This document shows, piece by piece, positions 1 through 9,810 of a stretch of 64,000 bases of DNA. Under the pieces are notes generated by a model. That model did not search any database. It saw only the letters and a program-made list of their open reading frames with translations, and was not told the DNA's origin. Source of the stretch: Abditibacterium sp. (GTDB lineage Bacteria; Armatimonadota; Abditibacteriia; Abditibacteriales; Abditibacteriaceae); assembly GCA_965199495.1 (NCBI GenBank), contig CBDASK010000003.1:3744001-3808000 (forward strand). The letters run 5' to 3'. Positions within the stretch are counted from its first letter, which is position 1; the number at the start of each line of letters is the position of its first letter. Made by a program: the position numbers and the translations under genes.

Positions 1-2
1 CT

Positions 3-2291
3 GCAACTGGACCTACCGCAAACCTTAAGGGCGGGCAACTCGTAGGCAACTCGTTGACGCTTTCATCAGCTCTTAGGAGAAGCTCGACAGTCTCGACAGT
101 AATGAATAGTCTTCCTGCCCTTGTTGACACGCTTGGTCCGCAGTCTCCTAGGCCGCAAATTCCTATTCCGCGTGGGTCGCTTGAACCGCTTGTGCCGCTT
201 GCGCCGTATATGCCTTATGTGCCGCTTGAACCACCTTCTAGTCCTACGACTCAGAGTTGCATTATCGCTCTGACAGGGAGTCAAACCATCGCTGAGGGCG
301 ACGTGTTTATGGTGGGAAGCACAGTTCCTTCGGCCAATTTCACCATCATTCAGATATACCCAACATCGAGGGTGACGTGGACGGCGGTAAGTGGTCAGGT
401 GCGCGTGGTATCCAAATCGGCGTCCGCGCTCACTCTGCAACTGACCGATGTTGTCGTGCCAGGATCATCGTCAAACCGCACGACTTTCAACGGCACCATC
501 ACGGCGACGTTTGCGACTTCCAACAGCGCGCCTGCCGACATCGCGCTGTCTAAAGCCAGCGTCTTGGAGAAGCAGGCGGTGGGCACGACGGTCGGCACAT
601 TGTCGGCCACCGATTCCGATGCGGGCGACACTTTCACCTACGCTCTGGCGGCGGGCGAAGGCGATGATGATAACGCTTCGTTTGCCATCAGCGACAATGC
701 GCTCAAGACGGCAGAGGTCTTCGATGCCGCGACCAAAAGCTCGTATTCGATTCGCGTGCGCGTCACCGATGCGGCGGGCGCGACGTTTGAGAAAGCGTTC
801 GTGATCACCGTCATGCGAGAGAACCATGCACCCTCTTTAAGCAACGCGATTTTCGACGCCACGGCAAACACGGCGTTCTCGCAACAACTCGCGGGCACCG
901 ACGCCGATGGTGATGCGCTGACTTATCGCGTGACGGCGGGCAATTTGCCATTTGGTCTGACGCTTTCGGAGCAGGGATTGCTCGCGGGCACTCCGGTAAT
1001 AGATGGTTCACCTGTTGCCACCATTGAGGTTGCCGATGGCAATGGCGGAACTGGCACAGCGCAAATTACAATTATCGTGAAAGCGGCGGTTGTTCCGCCG
1101 ACTTTAGCGCCAACTCTTACGCCGGTTTCGCCCAAGACCAACGACACGTTGACCGTCGCGCCCAACGGCGATGCGGCATCTTACGCTTACCTTTGGAAGA
1201 AAAACGGCGTCGTTATCTCCGGCGAAAGTGGCGCAACACTCAATCTCGCCAAAGCTGGTAACGGTGGCAAAGACGATGTCATCACCTGCGAAGTGACAGC
1301 GACTAATGCGGGCGGCGCATCAGCCACGGCGACGGCACAGGTGACTGTTGCCAACTCGGCGCCCATCGCTATCAGCAGCAAAGGCGAAGTTGACGCCGAC
1401 ACCGAAAAGGCGTTCGTGCTCAACGCCTTGGACGCCGATGGCGATGCGCTCACTTACAAACGCGTCGGTGGCCCGCGCAACGGCGTGACGGCAGATATTC
1501 GCATTGACCCGACCGATGGCAAAACCAAACTGTTCTATAAAAGCCGCAAGTTTTATGGCGGCGTAGACATCATTCGCTTTGTGGTGTTCGACAGCAGCAA
1601 CAAACAATCGAACGAATCCACGCTGGGCATCAACGTGCTTTACACGCCGCCACCGCCCACCAACCGCGCGCCGATTGCGGGCGATACCAACATTGATACT
1701 TACGTCAATACTACGGTCGTCAAAGGCTTGCTCGGCTCCGATCCCGATGGCGACGCGATTACTTTTCGCATCGTGGGTAACGCCAAATACGGCCAGAGCG
1801 AAATCAAGCGCGATAACGATGAGCAATTCAAGCTGTTCTACACCAGTCTCAATCGCTTCTACGGCGACGACCGCGTGACGTATATCGTCACCGACAGTCG
1901 CGGCAAAGAATCGAATTTGGCGACGGTGAACATTCACTTTACCAATCGCGCGCCCCTCGCACAGGGCAATCGCATCGGCGTGGCTTCGGGCGCGCTGGTG
2001 TCGCAATATCTATTCGGGACGGACGAAGATGGCGACGCTTTGACGTTCCGCTTGGTCAACAATCCGCGCTATGGCAAGGGCGAAGTCAAGCTCGACCCGC
2101 AGGGCAAATGGCGGTTTTACTACACGTCGTTGCCGGGCTATGTTGGGCCAGATCAAATTACGTTTATCGCGATTGACCCGATGGGCAAAGAATCATCGGT
2201 TGCGGCCATTGATATTAACGTCGTGCGCGTTGGCGGTTCGGCGTCGGGCGCCTTGCAGCGCGGCGTGGCTCCTTCGAGCGGCGCTTCGTAA
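3..2291 (+). CDS. Secreted/surface protein with cadherin, Ig-like and three Big_9-like repeats; 5' end lies outside the window
   Basis: Frame is open from position 3. Cadherin motifs (ATDSDAGDTFTY, YSIRVRVTD) and three NxAP...DxDGDxLT(Y/F) repeats. Confidence 0.8.
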   Translation, partial: ATGPTANLKGGQLVGNSLTLSSALRRSSTVSTVMNSLPALVDTLGPQSPRPQIPIPRGSLEPLVPLAPYMPYVPLEPPSSPTTQSCIIALTGSQTIAEGDVFMVGSTVPSANFTIIQIYPTSRVTWTAVSGQVRVVSKSASALTLQLTDVVVPGSSSNRTTFNGTITATFATSNSAPADIALSKASVLEKQAVGTTVGTLSATDSDAGDTFTYALAAGEGDDDNASFAISDNALKTAEVFDAATKSSYSIRVRVTDAAGATFEKAFVITVMRENHAPSLSNAIFDATANTAFSQQLAGTDADGDALTYRVTAGNLPFGLTLSEQGLLAGTPVIDGSPVATIEVADGNGGTGTAQITIIVKAAVVPPTLAPTLTPVSPKTNDTLTVAPNGDAASYAYLWKKNGVVISGESGATLNLAKAGNGGKDDVITCEVTATNAGGASATATAQVTVANSAPIAISSKGEVDADTEKAFVLNALDADGDALTYKRVGGPRNGVTADIRIDPTDGKTKLFYKSRKFYGGVDIIRFVVFDSSNKQSNESTLGINVLYTPPPPTNRAPIAGDTNIDTYVNTTVVKGLLGSDPDGDAITFRIVGNAKYGQSEIKRDNDEQFKLFYTSLNRFYGDDRVTYIVTDSRGKESNLATVNIHFTNRAPLAQGNRIGVASGALVSQYLFGTDEDGDALTFRLVNNPRYGKGEVKLDPQGKWRFYYTSLPGYVGPDQITFIAIDPMGKESSVAAIDINVVRVGGSASGALQRGVAPSSGAS

Positions 2292-2305
2292 ATCAGTAAT
2301 AAATA

Positions 2306-2344
2306 GAAAGGGGGCGACTCAGTTGAGTCGCTCCCTTTTGTTTC
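2306..2344 (+). terminator. Intrinsic terminator
   Basis: Hairpin GGGGCGACTC-AGTT-GAGTCGCTCC followed by a T-rich tract. Confidence 0.7.
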
Positions 2345-2454
2345 TGTTGCATCCTCATTTAAAGTTTTATCGTTGGCGTAAAACGCGTTTTTACACTAAA
2401 ACAAAAACAGCCGCCAACTGAAATTCACTTGGCGGCTGTTTCGTTCGGCGAAAA

Positions 2455-3798
2455 CTAATTTTTAATTTCGATGGTGCGGCGTTCGATGTCGGCGCCCAAG
2501 CTTTTGAATTTGCCGACGATGTCCACGTAACCCCGGTCAATATAATGAATCTTGGAGACGCGCGTTTCGCCCTCGGCGCCCAAACCGGCGATGACCAGAG
2601 CCGCGCCCGCGCGCAGGTCGCTCGAAACCACATCGGCGCCCGAAAGTTTGGGCACGCCGCGCACCGAAGCGATGTTGCCGTCGAGAGCCACGTCGCCGCC
2701 CATGCGCGTCAGTTCGGGCAGATAATTGAAGCGGCCATCGTAGAGATTTTCGTTGATCAAACTACGGCCATCCGAGCGCAGCAGCATCGCGACGAGCGGT
2801 GGCTGCAAGTCGGTGGCAAAGCCGGGAAACGGCGCGGTCGAAACGTCAATGGCGCGCAGAGTATGGCGCCGCACCGCGCGTACCCAATCGTGGCCCTGCT
2901 GAATAAAGAGGCCCGCCGCGCTCAGTTTGTCCAGAAAAACCGGCAAATGCGAAGGCGAAATGCCCTTCACCGTCACATCGCCGCCCGCCAGACCGACGGC
3001 GGACAAATAAGTTCCGGCTTCGATGCGGTCGTTGAAAACCGTGTGTTCGGCGCCGTGCAACTCTTTGACGCCTTCGATGGTGATCGTCGAAGTTCCGGCG
3101 CCGAAAACTTTGCCGCCCATCTTGTTCAAAAAGTCGGCCAGGTTGATGACTTCGGGTTCGCGCGCCGCGTTTTCGATGACGGTTTCGCCCTCGGCCAAAC
3201 AGGCCGACATCATGATGTTCACCGTCGTGCCGACGCTTGAGTTTTTCGGCTCCAGATAAATTTTGGCGCCCTCCCACGTCGGCGCGTGCGCGATCATCGC
3301 GCCGTGTTCGATGGTGATTTCGGCGCCCATCGCAGTGAAGGCGTCAATGTGGTAATTGACCGGGCGCGGCCCCAGCACACAGCCACCAGGCAGCGGCACT
3401 TCGGCGCGGCGTAATCTCGCTAAAAGCGGAGCCGCCACATAAAACGAGGCGCGCATGGCGCGAACCAGACCGTCGGGCGCGATGTGCGTGTTGAGCGTGC
3501 TGGCGTCAATCACGACGGCATCGCCTTCGCGGCGCACGCGCGCGCCCAACGATTGCAGCATCTCGCACATCAAGTTGGCATCGGAAATATCGGGCACGTT
3601 GTGCAAAACGCACTCGCCTTTGGCCGCCAAAAGCGCCGCCGTGAGAATCGGCAACGAAGAGTTTTTGGAGCCGGAGACTTCGATGGTGCCATGAAGCTCG
3701 TTGCCGCCGCGAACGGCGATAACTTCGCGGGTTTTGGGTTTGGATTCGGCGCTCGAAACTTCTGGGGTCATGGGAAGGGAAGAGATGGTTTGCGTCAT
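2455..3798 (-). CDS. murA: UDP-N-acetylglucosamine 1-carboxyvinyltransferase
   Basis: SGSKNS, LPGGCVLGPRP, PFPGFATDLQ, DLRAGAAL and HYIDRGY motifs. Start inferred at ATG 3798. Confidence 0.95.
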   Translation of the reverse strand: MTQTISSLPMTPEVSSAESKPKTREVIAVRGGNELHGTIEVSGSKNSSLPILTAALLAAKGECVLHNVPDISDANLMCEMLQSLGARVRREGDAVVIDASTLNTHIAPDGLVRAMRASFYVAAPLLARLRRAEVPLPGGCVLGPRPVNYHIDAFTAMGAEITIEHGAMIAHAPTWEGAKIYLEPKNSSVGTTVNIMMSACLAEGETVIENAAREPEVINLADFLNKMGGKVFGAGTSTITIEGVKELHGAEHTVFNDRIEAGTYLSAVGLAGGDVTVKGISPSHLPVFLDKLSAAGLFIQQGHDWVRAVRRHTLRAIDVSTAPFPGFATDLQPPLVAMLLRSDGRSLINENLYDGRFNYLPELTRMGGDVALDGNIASVRGVPKLSGADVVSSDLRAGAALVIAGLGAEGETRVSKIHYIDRGYVDIVGKFKSLGADIERRTIEIKN

Positions 3799-3947
3799 GT
3801 TGGACTCCTTGGATTGGGATGTTGCTGTGATGAGAACTGCGAGGTTGTGTTGTTGGAAAGGAACGAAGGTGCAACTTTGGGTGAAACCGGCGCAAGTATA
3901 ACGGCTTTGCCGCCGTTGACCGCCTATTTTTCCCAAGTTACTTTGTG

Positions 3948-4703
3948 TCACATCATCGCGACAATCCCAAAACGCCCGGCTTTCCCGTTTTGCCCGCGAT
4001 GCGAAAAAAACAAATCGGCGTCATCTTTCGGGCAAATCTCGCTGGTTTCAATTTGCGTAACTCCGGCACCTTCCAAATCGCGCCGAATCAGCGCGCGCAA
4101 ATCGAGCAGATACTTCTCGCCGCGCGGCTCCAATACGCTTTGGTCGTCGAACATTTCGGCGACTTCCGGCCCAACTTCGAGATTGCGCGCGCACAAACAC
4201 GGCCCGACGCCCGCGCGAACGTTGGCGGCTCGCGCGCCCAATTGCACCATCCTCGCCACGGCGCCCGATGCCACGCCCGCGAGGGCGCCACGCCAGCCCG
4301 CGTGAACGACGGCCAAAACGCGCGCGTCGGGATCGAACAACAAAACCGGCGCGCAATCGGCGACCAAAATTAAGAGCGGCACGCCGCTTTGCGCCGTAAT
4401 TAACGCATCGGTCGCGGGCAACGCCGAATCCCAATCCAAAGCGCCGCGCCCGGCGTGGCTGCACTCAACGACGGCGCACTGCGCGCCGTGAACCTGTTGC
4501 GCGGCGATCAATTTTGCGGCGTCGTAACCCATCGCTGCGGCGAGGGCGCGCCGATTGCGTCGCACGGTTTCGGCCTCGTCGCCGACATGAAAACCGAGGT
4601 TGAGGCTCGCGAAATCGCCTTGAGAAAAGCCGCCTTCGCGCGTGGTGATGGCGTGACGGAAATTGGGAAGATCGGAAAGGTTGGAAAATTGGAGCAGTTG
4701 CAC
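3948..4703 (-). CDS. pgeF: PgeF/YfiH family (laccase-domain) protein
   Basis: TTREGG, LNLGFHVGD, QVHG, ADCAPVL, HAGWRG and FFSHR motifs. GTG start inferred. Confidence 0.9.
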   Translation of the reverse strand: MQLLQFSNLSDLPNFRHAITTREGGFSQGDFASLNLGFHVGDEAETVRRNRRALAAAMGYDAAKLIAAQQVHGAQCAVVECSHAGRGALDWDSALPATDALITAQSGVPLLILVADCAPVLLFDPDARVLAVVHAGWRGALAGVASGAVARMVQLGARAANVRAGVGPCLCARNLEVGPEVAEMFDDQSVLEPRGEKYLLDLRALIRRDLEGAGVTQIETSEICPKDDADLFFSHRGQNGKAGRFGIVAMM

Positions 4704-4713
4704 GCCAGATATT

Positions 4714-4962
4714 TTAATCCACCTGCGCGCGCAATTCCGCGCGTTCTGCGGCGGATAAATCGTGCCAGACGCGGTTTTGCAATGCGCCTTCCAGCACATA
4801 GAGAAACACGATGTTGAGCCGCGACCGCTGGAGTTGCACCAGATCGAACGCGCCGACGCTGCCCAACTCTTCCAGTTGAGCGCGCGTCGTGACGCCGATG
4901 GAAGCCAGCGCCGCCGCGCATTTCGGCCCCAGATTGCGCATTTGCGTGATTTCGGAATTCAT
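4714..4962 (-). CDS. TfoX/Sxy C-terminal domain protein
   Basis: NLGPK...GV...L..LG...LYVLEGAL....W pattern, 82 aa. Confidence 0.8.
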   Translation of the reverse strand: MNSEITQMRNLGPKCAAALASIGVTTRAQLEELGSVGAFDLVQLQRSRLNIVFLYVLEGALQNRVWHDLSAAERAELRAQVD

Positions 4963-4966
4963 AATT

Positions 4967-5686
4967 TTATTTTCGCGTTAACTCGTTCCAGCGACTTGCC
5001 AACAAATTCGCGTATAAAACCGGCAGCAAACCGTAACAGCCCAAGGAATATCCATCGTTGACTTCGATTAACAGCGTGCGCCCATAGGCGGCTATGCCCC
5101 AGTCCATCGAACAGCCACGCGGCAGGTCATCCCACTTTTCAATGGCCGCTTCGACGGGCGCGAAGTCCACTGGCAAACGAAAATCACCTTTATAATGGCG
5201 AAAGCCGACCAATTCGCCGTTGCAGATATAGCCGCGAAACTCGCCCTGAAATTCGACGACATCCGGCCACCAAATCGGCGTTTCATCAGGTAAACCCGCC
5301 GTGCGAATCAGATCGCGATAAGCCCGCGCGACGTGGCCATCGAACAATTTACCGACGATTGGTTTGATGGAAATCGGCGATTTTTCGTCCACGATGCGCT
5401 CGCGAATTTCGCCCAAAGTTGATAGCCCGAACTCGCGACCGGCGAAATGCTCTAAGCCGCGCGGAATCGGTTCGAGTTGCGGTGGCTCTACGCCCAAACT
5501 TCTCAGCGCTCGCCAAATCGTCGGGATACCCGCGACGACCGGCGTTTGCTCGTCCAATGCGAGCGATGCGACATCGGCGGCGACGAACGGGCAGATTTCG
5601 TAGCCCAACGTTTCAAAGCCGCGAAACGCGGTGTATTCGTTGACGCCGCGAAATTGATTTTCGACCTGCTCGATGAAAACTTTCAT
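4967..5686 (-). CDS. ATP-grasp domain protein (DUF4343/R2K-like)
   Basis: IKP...KLFDG, EFRGYI and TLLIEVNDGYSLGCYG motifs. Confidence 0.75.
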   Translation of the reverse strand: MKVFIEQVENQFRGVNEYTAFRGFETLGYEICPFVAADVASLALDEQTPVVAGIPTIWRALRSLGVEPPQLEPIPRGLEHFAGREFGLSTLGEIRERIVDEKSPISIKPIVGKLFDGHVARAYRDLIRTAGLPDETPIWWPDVVEFQGEFRGYICNGELVGFRHYKGDFRLPVDFAPVEAAIEKWDDLPRGCSMDWGIAAYGRTLLIEVNDGYSLGCYGLLPVLYANLLASRWNELTRK

Positions 5687-5710
5687 GGAGCAAATTTAAC
5701 CACAATGGCT

Positions 5711-6923
5711 TCACTCAGGTTTTGGCGCTTCGATGGCGAGCAAAGCCGCGTGCGCCACTGGCATATCGCCCGCATCCAATGCGCGGGCGAAATTGTCTAT
5801 TTTTGCTTGCTGCTGCGCAGTTGCTCGGCTGTCGGTCAACTTCAATAAACGAAGGGCCAACCGCAAATCTTTCTCGACAAACGGAAAATCGGGTTGCGCC
5901 TCGCGTCGCCAGCGCAGAACGGTTTCCAAATCGCCAAACTCCGACGACTGAGACGGCTCGATTTGTGTGCCCTCGCCCCAATCGTTCCACGTCGCGATTT
6001 GCACGAAAGGCGGACTGATTTTTAGCGCGTTTCGCAGCGATTTGCTCAAAGTCTGGCCACCGTCTGCGGGAATAATTCCGTAAGAATCGCGGACTTTGGC
6101 TTCGCCATAAATATCGTGAAAGCGCGGAAATGCCACTGGTAGGACGACTGGCCAATCCCGACTTCGCGCAGCGAAATCTTCCGTCGCTTTCACGCCTTGC
6201 GCGGGAATCGGCCAATCGAAAGCGCCATCGGCTCCCGCGCGGCGACGATGTTCGCTCAAATAAATCGACGGCGTGGCTTGTGCTTTCAGAACCTGTTCCC
6301 ATTCGATGTCGGTTAAGCCGTCGTTGCCGAACGAAAGCCACACCGGTTTGCCCTCTATAGCGCAGATAAGCCGGATTTTGAAACCAATTTTTTCCCAACC
6401 AATGCACTTCATCGGCGGCGTGTTGAACGCGAGCGTCGGCCCCAATTTTTCCGTCTTTCACCAAAATTGGAATCGTCTGGTCTTCGTAGCAGACGGCGAA
6501 TTTCATGTTCAATCGCGCCGCCGTTTGCAAAACCAGTTCGCAGTTGCGATGAATCTGAGCGTAATCGAAATGGTCGGTGCGGCCATACCAATCCACGATA
6601 ACGCCATCAATCCCGGCTAACTTCATCGTGCGCAGATGATACTCGACAATCGCTGCATCGCTCGAATCGTAAGGGCCGATGATCGGATAATAATGCGAGG
6701 CGATGGGGCGTTTGCCGTTGACGACTTGAGTTGGATCGAACGCGTTCATCGTCCAATGCCAACCATAACTTTGGCTTTGTGGCGGCGCGCTAAACCACGG
6801 CATATAGTGCGCGAGCAGCAAAGGGCGCGGCGTGACTTTGGGAGTTTCATTGGCGCGCGCCAATTGGGGCGCAAACGTCACAACCAGCAGCCACAAAAGC
6901 GCGCGAAAACGAAGCAAAAGCAT
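5711..6923 (-). pseudogene. GH99/GH71-like glycoside hydrolase split by a frameshift near 6360
   Basis: N-terminal half (AHYMPWF, YPIIGPYDS, AGIDGVIVDWYG) is in one frame. C-terminal half (GKPVWLSFG, QIATWNDWGEGTQIEP) is in another. Removing one base joins them as ...YLRIEGKPV... Confidence 0.75.
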
Positions 6924-6945
6924 GGAGCAAGTTTGACAGAGAAAA

Positions 6946-8832
6946 TCATTCGCGCCGCAGCAACAATTCCAAATAGGTCTGTAATTGCTCCGCCGCTTTC
7001 TTGTTCATGCCGGGCGCGAGGGCGATTTCTTCGACCGAAGCCGCGCGGATTTTTTGCAGGCTCCCGAAATGTTGCAACAGCGCGTTGCGCCGCGTTTCGC
7101 CGATGCCGGGCACATCGTCCAAAACCGATTTAGTCGCGTCCTTGCCGCGCCGTTTGCGGTGATGCGTAATGGCGAAGCGGTGCGCCTCGTCGCGGATGCG
7201 CTGCAACATGTGCAGCGCTGGAGAATTGCGCGGCAAAGCAATCGGTTCTTTCTGGCCGGGCACAAACAACAGTTCAAACTGTTTGGCCAAACCGGCGACG
7301 GGAATATCCGACAGATTTTTCTCGCGCAACACATCAACAGCCACGCCCAATTGGCCTTTGCCGCCATCAATTAATAATAAATCGGGCAAGGGCAAAAACT
7401 TTTCGTCGCCATCCAAAGCGCGTTGAAAACGGCGTCGCAAGACTTCGCGCATCATCTCGAAATCGTTGGGTTCGGTGCCGCCGGTAATTGCCAACGCGTG
7501 CTTAATCGTGAAATGGCGATAATTTTTCTTGTCCGGTTTGCCGCCGGTGGCGACAACCATCGAGCCGACCGAGTTGGAGCCTTGAATCGTCGAAATATCG
7601 AAACACTCGATGCGTTCGGGCATAACGTCCAATTTCAACTGTTTCTGCAAATCTTCTAACAACGACTGATTGACCTGCGTCGCCGTCGCGTTATACGACA
7701 AATGTTCCTTCAAAGCCTGCGCCGCGTTGGTGTGCGCCAGTTCGACCGAACGCACTTTGTCGCCGCGTTGCGGTCGCCGCACGTCAATTAAGCGGCCCGC
7801 TTTCTCGCTCAGCCATTCGGCGATGGCGGCTTCGTCTTCCAGTTCGACGGGCACTAAAACTTCGCGCGGAATGGCGACCGGGCCTTCGTAATGCTGGCGT
7901 AGAAAGACCGAAATGACTTCGCTGTCTTCGCGCCCTTCGATGTTTTGCAAAAAGAAATGCTGGTCGCCGATGAGTTTGCCGTTGCGCACGATCAGCGTCG
8001 TGACCGAGGCGATGCCCGCTTCGATTTGCAGCCCGATGGCGTCGAATTCTTCGTTGCTTGCCGAAACGACCTGTTGCTTTTCCAACACCGATTGCACCGC
8101 TTCAATGGTATCGCGATAAGTCGCGGCCTGCTCGAATTCCATGTTCGCCGCTGCCTCGCCCATCGCGCTTTCCAGCGATTTCAAAACATCACCGCCGCGC
8201 CCTTCCAGGAAATCTTTCAACTCGCGCGCCTGAAACGCGTAGTTTTCCGGCGAAACCGCCGCGATGCAGGGCGCCGTGCAACGGTTGATATGATATTCCA
8301 AACACGGTTTGTCCAATAATTGCGAAGTGTCGCGCCACGGACAGCCACCGCGCCGGGCACCGCCGATGATGGCGCCCGTTCGCACCTTGAAAACGCGCTT
8401 GGCCAGAGACACCGTCTGGCGCATTTTGCCCGCTCCGGCGTATGGCCCGAAATAAGTCGCTTTGTCGTTGGCGGGCGCGCGCACTTCCAGCAACGCCGGA
8501 TACTTCTCGTTCAAAGTCAGCTTCAAATACGGATAACGCTTGTCGTCTTTAAGCCGGATATTATAAGGCGGCTTGTGCATCTTGACCAGATTATTTTCTA
8601 ATATCAAAGCGTCTTTCTCGGACGCGGTGATGATGGTTTCGATGTCGGTAACGAGTTTGGATAATTTGCGCGTCAGAGGCGAATGTCCGCCGTCTTTATT
8701 GAAATACGAGCGCACGCGGCTTTTGAGACTGCGCGCTTTGCCGATATAAAGAATTTTGCCGTGCTGATCTTTGTGAATGTAAACGCCGGGCGCATCGGGC
8801 AGGGCGGCGAGCTGTTCTTCGAGTGAGGCCAT
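6946..8832 (-). CDS. uvrC: Excinuclease ABC subunit C
   Basis: N-terminal GIY-YIG region (PGVY..LYIGKA), ECFDIS, DGGKGQ, RDEAHRFA and a C-terminal HhH. Confidence 0.97.
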   Translation of the reverse strand: MASLEEQLAALPDAPGVYIHKDQHGKILYIGKARSLKSRVRSYFNKDGGHSPLTRKLSKLVTDIETIITASEKDALILENNLVKMHKPPYNIRLKDDKRYPYLKLTLNEKYPALLEVRAPANDKATYFGPYAGAGKMRQTVSLAKRVFKVRTGAIIGGARRGGCPWRDTSQLLDKPCLEYHINRCTAPCIAAVSPENYAFQARELKDFLEGRGGDVLKSLESAMGEAAANMEFEQAATYRDTIEAVQSVLEKQQVVSASNEEFDAIGLQIEAGIASVTTLIVRNGKLIGDQHFFLQNIEGREDSEVISVFLRQHYEGPVAIPREVLVPVELEDEAAIAEWLSEKAGRLIDVRRPQRGDKVRSVELAHTNAAQALKEHLSYNATATQVNQSLLEDLQKQLKLDVMPERIECFDISTIQGSNSVGSMVVATGGKPDKKNYRHFTIKHALAITGGTEPNDFEMMREVLRRRFQRALDGDEKFLPLPDLLLIDGGKGQLGVAVDVLREKNLSDIPVAGLAKQFELLFVPGQKEPIALPRNSPALHMLQRIRDEAHRFAITHHRKRRGKDATKSVLDDVPGIGETRRNALLQHFGSLQKIRAASVEEIALAPGMNKKAAEQLQTYLELLLRRE

Positions 8833-8920
8833 GAAGGGAGTGTGCTTAAAGACGCGCGTTTAGAGAAGCAAGTCGCGAATAATTTGTTGGCCTATAGCTG
8901 TGTGCCGAGAGCGCGATTTT

Positions 8921-8985
8921 AATAGGACTTACGCAGTGAATTCTTCATTCGTAGCTTTTAAGCTACGAAGGGCGTAAGTCCTATT
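8921..8985. repeat. Short palindromic element with TAGGACTTACGC/GCGTAAGTCCTA ends
   Basis: Terminal inverted repeats plus an internal TTCGTAGCTT/AAGCTACGAA hairpin. Confidence 0.65.
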
Positions 8986-9108
8986 TAAAGGAAAATGAGA
9001 AAATTACAACTATTGCAAAAATGTTTGGGTTGGGCCAAACTCCGCTTCACTTCGTCCCTTTTAGAGAAAGTATCTCGCGGCGATTCTGATCAAATTTCGG
9101 AAATAATT

Positions 9109-9684
9109 ATGCGATATACATCTTGGAAATTGTTGGGCACACTGGCCTTGATGCTCGTTGTTGCGCCCACGATGCTCACGACGGCGCACGCACAGGACGA
9201 CGACACGCAAGCTCAGGTGCAAGATCAGCCCGCGCCCAAAATTACCTTGAAAGTGGGCGATCAAGCGCCCGAAATTTCGGTGGATGGTTGGTGGAACGAA
9301 AAGGCTCCGGAAAAGCGCGCCAAAGGCAAGGTTTACGTTGTTGATTTCTGGGCGAGTTGGTGCGAGCCGTGCCGCGAATCCATGCCGCACATGGCGCAAA
9401 TGCAAGACAAATATGGCGATTACGCGACCTTCATCGGCATCAGCATTGACGAGAATAAAGGCGATGCCATTGATTATCTGAGTTCGCTCGGCCAAGATTT
9501 ACCGATTTATTTCGCGGTGGATAAAGACGGCCAATCGTGGGCGGATTGGGGCACCGCCGCTGGCCGCGACACAATTCCCACGACTTTCATCGTGGACGAA
9601 AACAACAAAATCGCGTGGGTCGGCCATCCGATGGAAGTGGAAGCCACGCTGCGCGATGTGATTTTGAAAAAATTGGCGAAATAG
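9109..9684 (+). CDS. TlpA-like thiol-disulfide reductase
   Basis: Signal peptide, VVDFWASWCEPC and the IPTTFIVD cis-Pro motif. Confidence 0.9.
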   Translation: MRYTSWKLLGTLALMLVVAPTMLTTAHAQDDDTQAQVQDQPAPKITLKVGDQAPEISVDGWWNEKAPEKRAKGKVYVVDFWASWCEPCRESMPHMAQMQDKYGDYATFIGISIDENKGDAIDYLSSLGQDLPIYFAVDKDGQSWADWGTAAGRDTIPTTFIVDENNKIAWVGHPMEVEATLRDVILKKLAK

Positions 9685-9700
9685 CAATCGCGCATCAAAT

Positions 9701-9742
9701 AAAAACGAGCCGCTTCGATTCGATTGAAGCGGCTCGTTTTTT
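9701..9742 (+). terminator. Intrinsic terminator (bidirectional type)
   Basis: AAAAACGAGCCGCTTCGAT...ATTGAAGCGGCTCGTTTTTT. Confidence 0.75.
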
Positions 9743-9810
9743 ATTGCCACCCGTTAGCTGGAATAAAATCGAGTTGATCTTGGTGAATGTAAACTTGAAC
9801 GGTAATTCAA

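Noticed and set aside
4714..4962. TfoX-C gene as proof of natural competence
   Set aside because: Stand-alone TfoX-C proteins are widespread and are not shown to regulate competence.
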